From NCBI RefSeq assembly GCF_009914755.1, contig NC_060932.1: a stretch of 64,000 nucleotides of DNA; one strand, given 5' to 3'. Below the pieces are notes generated by a model, which was given only the letters and a program-made list of their open reading frames with translations, had not been told where the DNA came from and searched no databases. Made by a program: the position numbers and the translations under genes. This document shows positions 57,401 through 64,000 of this stretch, piece after piece. Position 1 is the stretch's first letter; every line of letters starts with the position of its first letter. Source of the DNA: the human T2T-CHM13v2.0 reference genome, Homo sapiens.

Positions 57401-58472
57401 ACCTAGACCCCAACTCGAGTTTGAGAAGCACCAAGTATCATATTTACAAAGTGACCTTACAACCCAGAGTCTGGCCCTAATCCTGCACTTGCAGCTGGGA
57501 CTTCAGGCAAGTTATCTACCTTTCTTTGACTCCTTTTAGTCAGCTGTAAAATGGTACACTCCAAGGACATCGGAATCTGAAGGGAGCAGTGATGTTGCAA
57601 GGGTCTGTCCTTAGAGAAGGACGTTTGGGGAGCTGGTTCCACTCTGGGCACCCCTGTTCTAGGTGGGGCTTGCTTTTTCTATTTGGCTCAGCCTCTTGGC
57701 ACCGCCAATAAAGTTATGACTTTGTTCTTTTTATTTTTTTGTACATGCCTGTGAATAAGACTTTCGTTCTCTCTGATTCATTTTTAAGAGACTCTGACCA
57801 AATTCAATAGGCATGTCTTAGTTATGATTTTGTTAATTACTTCTTACCATCTATCCCTTGCATTACACATCTGATGGCCTTCATATTTCCAAGACAGAAA
57901 TTACTTCAACAAATGGGTGGAAATAACCAGTTTTCTCCTTCTGTCTCTCATAGAAGTCATTTTCACTCACTTTTAGAGGAGGATTAATGAGGTCTAACTA
58001 ATTTTCTTTTGCCAAAGTTACTATGATTAGCAGACTTTCCTCATTGAAGGAGTCCATGGATGATCTATAGCTTTCTACAAATGTATGAAGAACAAACTCA
58101 TTGTTCCAGCCCATAGAGTGATTTGATTTCATTTATTTCTCAAGATCTGAGGTGGATTTTTTCTGAAGGAAAAGGGTAGATATTCCAAAAGTGGTTTAAA
58201 ACCTTTAGATCCTTCAGAGTATTGGCTGACTCATGTTGATGGCTTGAACCAGCCTGGCATATTTCATAAACTACCAGAGGAAATTAACATGACAAGTTAT
58301 TTTTTGGTGAAGAGCAGGACACATTGGCCTTTAATCAAATAGACAGCACTTTCATCTATGTTTTTGAGAGCTTCACATTACTTTAGCACAGCCTCTCAGT
58401 ACAATAAGCAAATTACATTTTTCTATGCACGTAAACTCGAATACCAATGATGTGATTAGCAATTGCACTTCT

Positions 58473-58473
58473 T

Positions 58474-58515
<42 letters not shown>

Positions 58516-58872
58516 TTATTATTATACTTTAAGTTCTAGGGTACATGTGCACAACGTGCAGGTTTGTTACATATGTATACATGTGCCATGTTGGTGTGCT
58601 GCACCCATTAACTCGTCATTTACATTAGGTATATCTCCTAATGCTATCCCTCCCCACTCCCCACCACCCTACAACAGGCCCTGGTGTGTGTGTGATGTTC
58701 CTCTTCCTGTGTCCAAGTGTTCCCATTGTTCAATTCCCACCTATGAGTGAGAACATGTGGTGTTTGGTTTTTTGGCCTTGCGATAGTTTGCTGAGAATGA
58801 CGGTTTCCAGCTTCATCCATGTCCCTACAAAGGACATGAACTCATCATTTTTTATGGCTTCATAGTATTCCA
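58473..58872 (-). mobile_element. Short 5'-truncated L1PA (L1PA3-5 type) with (TA)n in the tail
   Basis: L1PA 3' UTR in reverse (TTAAGTTCTAGGGTACATGTGCACAACGTGCAGG); (TA)n at 58475-58507; TSD AGCAA(T/C)TGCACTTCT at 58458-58472 and 58873-58887. Confidence 0.93.
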
Positions 58873-59071
58873 AGCAACTGCACTTCTAATTAGAACTTTA
58901 AGTCTGTGACAAGCATGGGTTTCTCCTTAACCTAAGAGAACGTTTCTATACTGTATTTTTAGCTTCTGAAATGCATTGAAACTAAATCTGCAATAGTGTG
59001 ACTTGTGCCCACAATATAGCCCTTCCTTTTGGTGTTAATTTGAGAGTAGATCAAAGAGCCTATGTTAACAC

Positions 59072-59741
59072 CGTCAATGCAGAAAAATGACAAGTCTCAA
59101 TCATTTTAGGACATTTATTTGCCAAAGTTAAGGAGGCACATCAGGGAGACAGGTCTATTCCTTTCTCCAAAGATGATTTTGAGGGCTCCAAATTTAAAGG
59201 GGAAATGTGTGGCATATGAAGTACAGAGTTTTCAGGTAGGAGGGGGTAGGGAAAAATAGTCCCTCCTGCCTTTGTCTGGCTTAGTGAATCTGCATTTTTT
59301 TTTTTTTTTTTTTGAGATGGAATCTCGCTCTGTTGCCCAGGCTGGAATGTAGTGGCGTGATCTCAGCTCACTGCAACTTCTGCCTCCTGGGTTCAAGCGT
59401 GAATTTGCATTTTTTTTTTTTTTTTTACATAAGATACCATGAACAAAATGGGTCAGGGAAACAATCAGATATGTATTTGTGTCTGGTGGGCCAGGGCAAC
59501 TGCACCTGCAAAGGTAAGCTATCAATTTCTATTACCATAGTAAAATTTTAATAGAAACAAATTAGGGCAAATATCTTGCAGCTCACTGGAATTTCCTTGT
59601 AGACAAAATATGGCGGAGGCATGCAGCTTTTCATCTTGTAGCCATCTTATTTAGGAACCAAAAGGGGGAGGCAGGTTTGGCCACCCTGTTCCCAGCTCAA
59701 CTTTTCCCTTTGGCTTAATGAGTTTGGGGAGTTTTTTCACA
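59072..59741 (-). mobile_element. MER4A-type ERV1 solo LTR
   Basis: Ends GGGAGGCAGGTTTG...GTTCCCAGCTCAACTTTTCCCTTTGGCTTAATGAGTTTGGGG...TTTCACA; 4-bp TSD ACAC at 59068-59071 and 59742-59745. Confidence 0.85.
59296..59398 (-). mobile_element. Heavily 5'-truncated Alu nested in MER4A
   Basis: Poly(T) plus about 85 bp of Alu 3' end; TSD GTGAAT(C/T)TGCAT at 59284-59295 and 59399-59410. Confidence 0.9.
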
Positions 59742-60959
59742 ACACTTACATGCAGCCTATATCCACCTGCCGCTCTTGGCTGCAGTCTCTGTTCCCCAAA
59801 TTCTCTAAGCCAATATCTTGTGAGGGCATTATTCAGCAGCAGCTTCAGGCCCACTGAGCCAGATCCTGTATTACCCATATAATCCCTGCATCTCAGCAGC
59901 TGAATGCCATGGCTAACCTGACCATTCTGGCCATGATGGACTGGAACAGAAATCAGATATTTATCCTATCACAAGCAGCTATGGGTGGAGAAAACTGAAA
60001 TAAAGTTAGAGTAGCAACCAACAATCAGGCAGAACTTTGTGGGTGCTTGGGGAGCTGATTCTGCTCTTGCTGCCCCTGTTCTAGGTTTGTCTACTTGGCT
60101 CTGCCTCTTGGCACCTCCAATGAGGTGCTTTTTTCTGGATTCTGTTCTTTCTTCTGGCTTCTAACTCTCTGCCTCGTCACTGCATGTGTGCCCTCTCCTG
60201 GCTTTCACTCTTGCTCAGCACCTTCTCAGTCCAGGGATGGCAGGTTGTAGCCACCTGCTGCCTCCTCCAGATTCATCCAACTTGGGTCCTGTTTTTGATG
60301 CAGTCCCTAAAGCACCAGCTGAAAGCCAAGGCAAACCCCCGGCAGCTCACCTCCTGTCCTGACCAGCTCTTGATGTGTGTTTTACTCAGATGGCTACATT
60401 CTAGTCTCTCTCTTTCCAGCCTCTTGGCAACATTTGCCTGGCCATGTGGTCCTTTTCCCTTATCCACATTCAGATTGTGCTCCACTGGATGGGAACACTC
60501 CCAAATCCCACCAGAGTTTGCAAGCTTGTTTTGGAAATCACTCAATGGTCCTTCATGCAATTCTTGCTGTCACGAGTCCTTGCCGTTTGGTCAGTCTCCT
60601 TAGTTTCCATCCAGATTCAGCTGTATGTTTGTTTCTGCTGATGTATAATGTTCAGGTCTCTGGGTATCTCACTTGGGAAGGCATTCAAGATGTGACAAGT
60701 CTCATTATTCCAAGGCAGTGCCTCATGGCAATAGATTTCCACTGAAGATTGGCAATGATCAGTAACCAGAAGGTTCCCTCAGCATCTCCTTTCCTGAAAG
60801 GTCTTGTTCAGAAAAAGTATGTACACTTGAGGCAGAAAGTTAACATCAAACAGAGTGAGTTGGCCAACCCTCTCAGTTTGTTTTGCAGAGGAGTCAGGGC
60901 TTGATTTGATGGTTTTTCTGATATATCCAGAGAATAGGTAGGAGGATGAGCTGGAATGA

Positions 60960-61314
<355 letters not shown>

Positions 61315-62671
61315 CAATCCTACATTTTATAGACTAGAAAGGTAAGGCTTAGAGAAGGTCTTTCCCAGAGTCTCAGAGTTGGTGGCAGAAATGAAACTAG
61401 AACTCTGGTGCCTGAGCTTTTTGTAAACAATGGCGGGAGGTCAGGGGGATACCTTGAAGGTCACCTCCAGGCATCATGCAAACTGTTGGCCTGTCCCCCG
61501 TCTAGGTGACACAAGAAAGGTAAGTTTTCAACTTATCTTCTTTATATGAGTATCAAGTGGAATGTCTAAAGAAATGTCAGAAAACTCACACTTTTCCTCC
61601 TTCCTGAAGCCCTGGTTTTGCCTGAATTCTACTTTCCCATCCTCCTTCTGTTCCTATCCTCTCCCACCGCAATCTAGAACCTTTGCTGAGCTACAACAGT
61701 TTTGCAGAAGCCAGCCCTCTCCTCCCTGCCAGGAAGGAGCCAGTCCTTTCCCCTACCCAGGAAGTAGAACTCACATAGTGCCTTAATATCCCTCGGGAAC
61801 ATTATCATCATTTGATATGCCAATGTGACAATGGGCAGTTTGCCAATCTTGTCATTTTAGAAGCAAATTGGCTTAAGTAATTACCTAAAACATCCCCTTC
61901 CAAGGGATGTTTTTTACTCCACATAGGAGACAATATCTGTCATTTCCAACTGTGAGAAACAGAAAATATTTTCCCTACTAAGTGAAATGAGGGATGTTTT
62001 TGAGGCCTTTGTGGGCCCTCTGTTTAAATAAAGCTCTTTTTTAACATAAAAATTCAGTGCACACTCACAGGATCTCAGTGTTTTCAAATATTCAATTTAA
62101 ACTCCCTGTTATTTACATTCTCCATCCTAACAACCATTATTATACCAGAGTTTTCCCTGCAGTGAGCATTCATCCATTGCGGGGCTGGTGTTATTACCGG
62201 AGCAATTCTCTTCACTGTGCTGTGTTCCAAAGCCCTATCCCCATTGTTCCCTTTGTCCCATCCAGCACCAAGTGGTGTTCTCCACAACAGCAGACAAAGA
62301 TTTCACATTTTTCAGTAGTGGGTAGATTTAAATGGAATTGATCGGAAGGGACGGGAGCCTGGAAGCCACCCCGGCACTGTGCTCGGGGATGGAGAAGGCT
62401 CCATTTCCCTCGCCCTGCTCCCAATTGCAGCTTCTGATGTGAGAAGAGACAGCCCCAGCCTCTTCTCTTTCTCATACAGACATTTGTTAGCATGCCTCCA
62501 ACCAGGCTAAGGGATGCTGCCTCATTTTTCAAAGAACTCTCTGGCATGTACTGTTTCTCTCTGGCTCAGGGGCCAGGAGGTAGAAGAAGAACATTCTGTT
62601 TGGGCTGTACTCACAGAGGCCAGTGGTGATGACTGACTCCTATTAATGATTAGTGGCTACACATCTGTGGG

Positions 62672-64000
62672 TTTTTTTATTTTGTTTTTTTAATTTTGTT
62701 TTCAATTGATACATAATAGTTGTACATATTTATGGGATACAGTGTGGTGTTTTGATACACGTGTACATTGTGTAAAAATCAAATCAGGGTAATTAGCATA
62801 TCCATCACCTCAAACATTTATCATTTCTTTGTGGTGAGAATATTTAACAGTCCCCTCTTCTAGCTATTTTGAAACATGCAATACAAAATTGTTAACCATA
62901 GTCACCTTAATGTGGATAGAACACCAGGACTTATTCCTCCTGTCTAGCTGTGACTGTGCACCCACTGACTAATCTTTCCCTATTCCCCCTTCCTCCGACC
63001 ATCTCCATACTCTGGTAACCATCATTCTACTCTCTATTTCTATGAGGTTAAATTCTTTAAATTCCACATGTAAATGAGATCCTATGGGGTATTTTTGTTT
63101 CTGTGCCTGGCTTATTGCACATAACAAAACATCCTCTGGGTTCATCCATGTTGTTGCAAATGACAGAATTTCATTCTTTTTTATGGCTGAATAGTATTCC
63201 ATTATGTACATATGGACATACCTCGGATATACTGTCAGTTCATTCCAGACCATCACAATAAAGCAAGTCACACTTGCTTTATTGGTTTCTTGGTTTCTGA
63301 GTGCATATAAAAGTTATGTTTGCACTATACTGTGGTCTATTAAGTGTGCCATAACATTATGTCTAAACAAATGTACATATCTTAATTAAAAATACTTCAT
63401 TACTAAAAAATGCTGACACGAAGACACAAAGTGAGCACATGCTATTGGAAAAAAATGGTGCTGATAGACTTGCTCTACACAGGGTTGACACAAACCTTTA
63501 ATGTATAAAAATCACAGTATCTGCAAAGTACAATAAAGTGAAGTGAAATACAGTGAGGTATGCCTGTATATCACATGGTTTTTCATCCATTCATTCATTG
63601 ATAGACATTTAGGTTGATTCCTTCTCTTGGCTACTGTGGATAGTGCTGCAGTAAATGGGGGTACAGGCATCTCTTTGACATATAATTTCAAATCCTTTGA
63701 GTATATAGTCAGTAATGGGATGGCTGGGTCATATTTCAAATCTTTTGAGTATATTATATAGTCAGTAATGGGATGGCTGGGTCATATGGTAATTCTATTT
63801 TTAATTTTTTGAGGATCCTACATACTGTTTACCATAATGGCTGTACTAATTTACATTCCTAGCAACAGTATATAAGCGTTCCCCTTTCTCCACATCCACA
63901 CCAGCATTTGTTATTTTTTGTCTTTTTGATGATAATCATTCTAACTACAGTGAGATGACATTTTATTGTGGTTTTGACTTGTATTTCCCTAGTATTTAAT
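62672..64000 (-). mobile_element. L1MA-type LINE 3' region, continuing beyond the window
   Basis: T-rich tail, L1MA 3' UTR (AATCAGGGTAATTAGCATATCCATCACCTCAAACATTTATC) and ORF2 C-terminal remnants (MEYYSAIKKNEILSFATTW). Confidence 0.9.
63213..63566 (-). mobile_element. Tigger1 internal-deletion derivative (MER37-like MITE) nested in the L1MA
   Basis: TIR-like ends TGGACATACCTC ... GAGGTATGCCTG; TA TSD at 63211-63212 and 63567-63568; both Tigger1 termini joined. Confidence 0.85.

Overview
Hominoid (most likely human or great ape) non-coding genomic DNA, intronic or intergenic. The taxon call rests on a full-length SVA, about 19 Alu copies or fragments, and primate L1PA elements. I can support no host protein-coding exon, RNA gene or CRISPR array. 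The recognisable ORFs in the track are degenerate L1 fragments, Alu/SVA read-through or low-complexity artefacts. Main elements: a 5'-truncated L1PB/L1MA-type LINE interrupted by MER30 (9.9-12.5 kb), an older-type full-length SVA (38.7-40.2 kb, minus), a full-length but inactivated L1PA7/8-type LINE with a nested Alu (49.0-55.8 kb, minus), a MER4A LTR with a nested Alu stub, and an L1MA with a nested Tigger1-derived MITE. MLT LTRs, MER DNA transposons, MIR/L2 relics and two long homopurine/homopyrimidine tracts are also present. Many target-site duplications (TSDs) can be read directly. I found no new biological system. The notable signals are small genome-dynamics footprints: a templated copy of a specific Alu segment 1.4 kb away, a perfected hairpin, and an in-frame duplication of the L1 endonuclease motif. 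There are also a decayed tRNA-like relic and a few candidate enhancer motifs. Subfamily names come from recalled consensus sequences and need RepeatMasker/Dfam confirmation.
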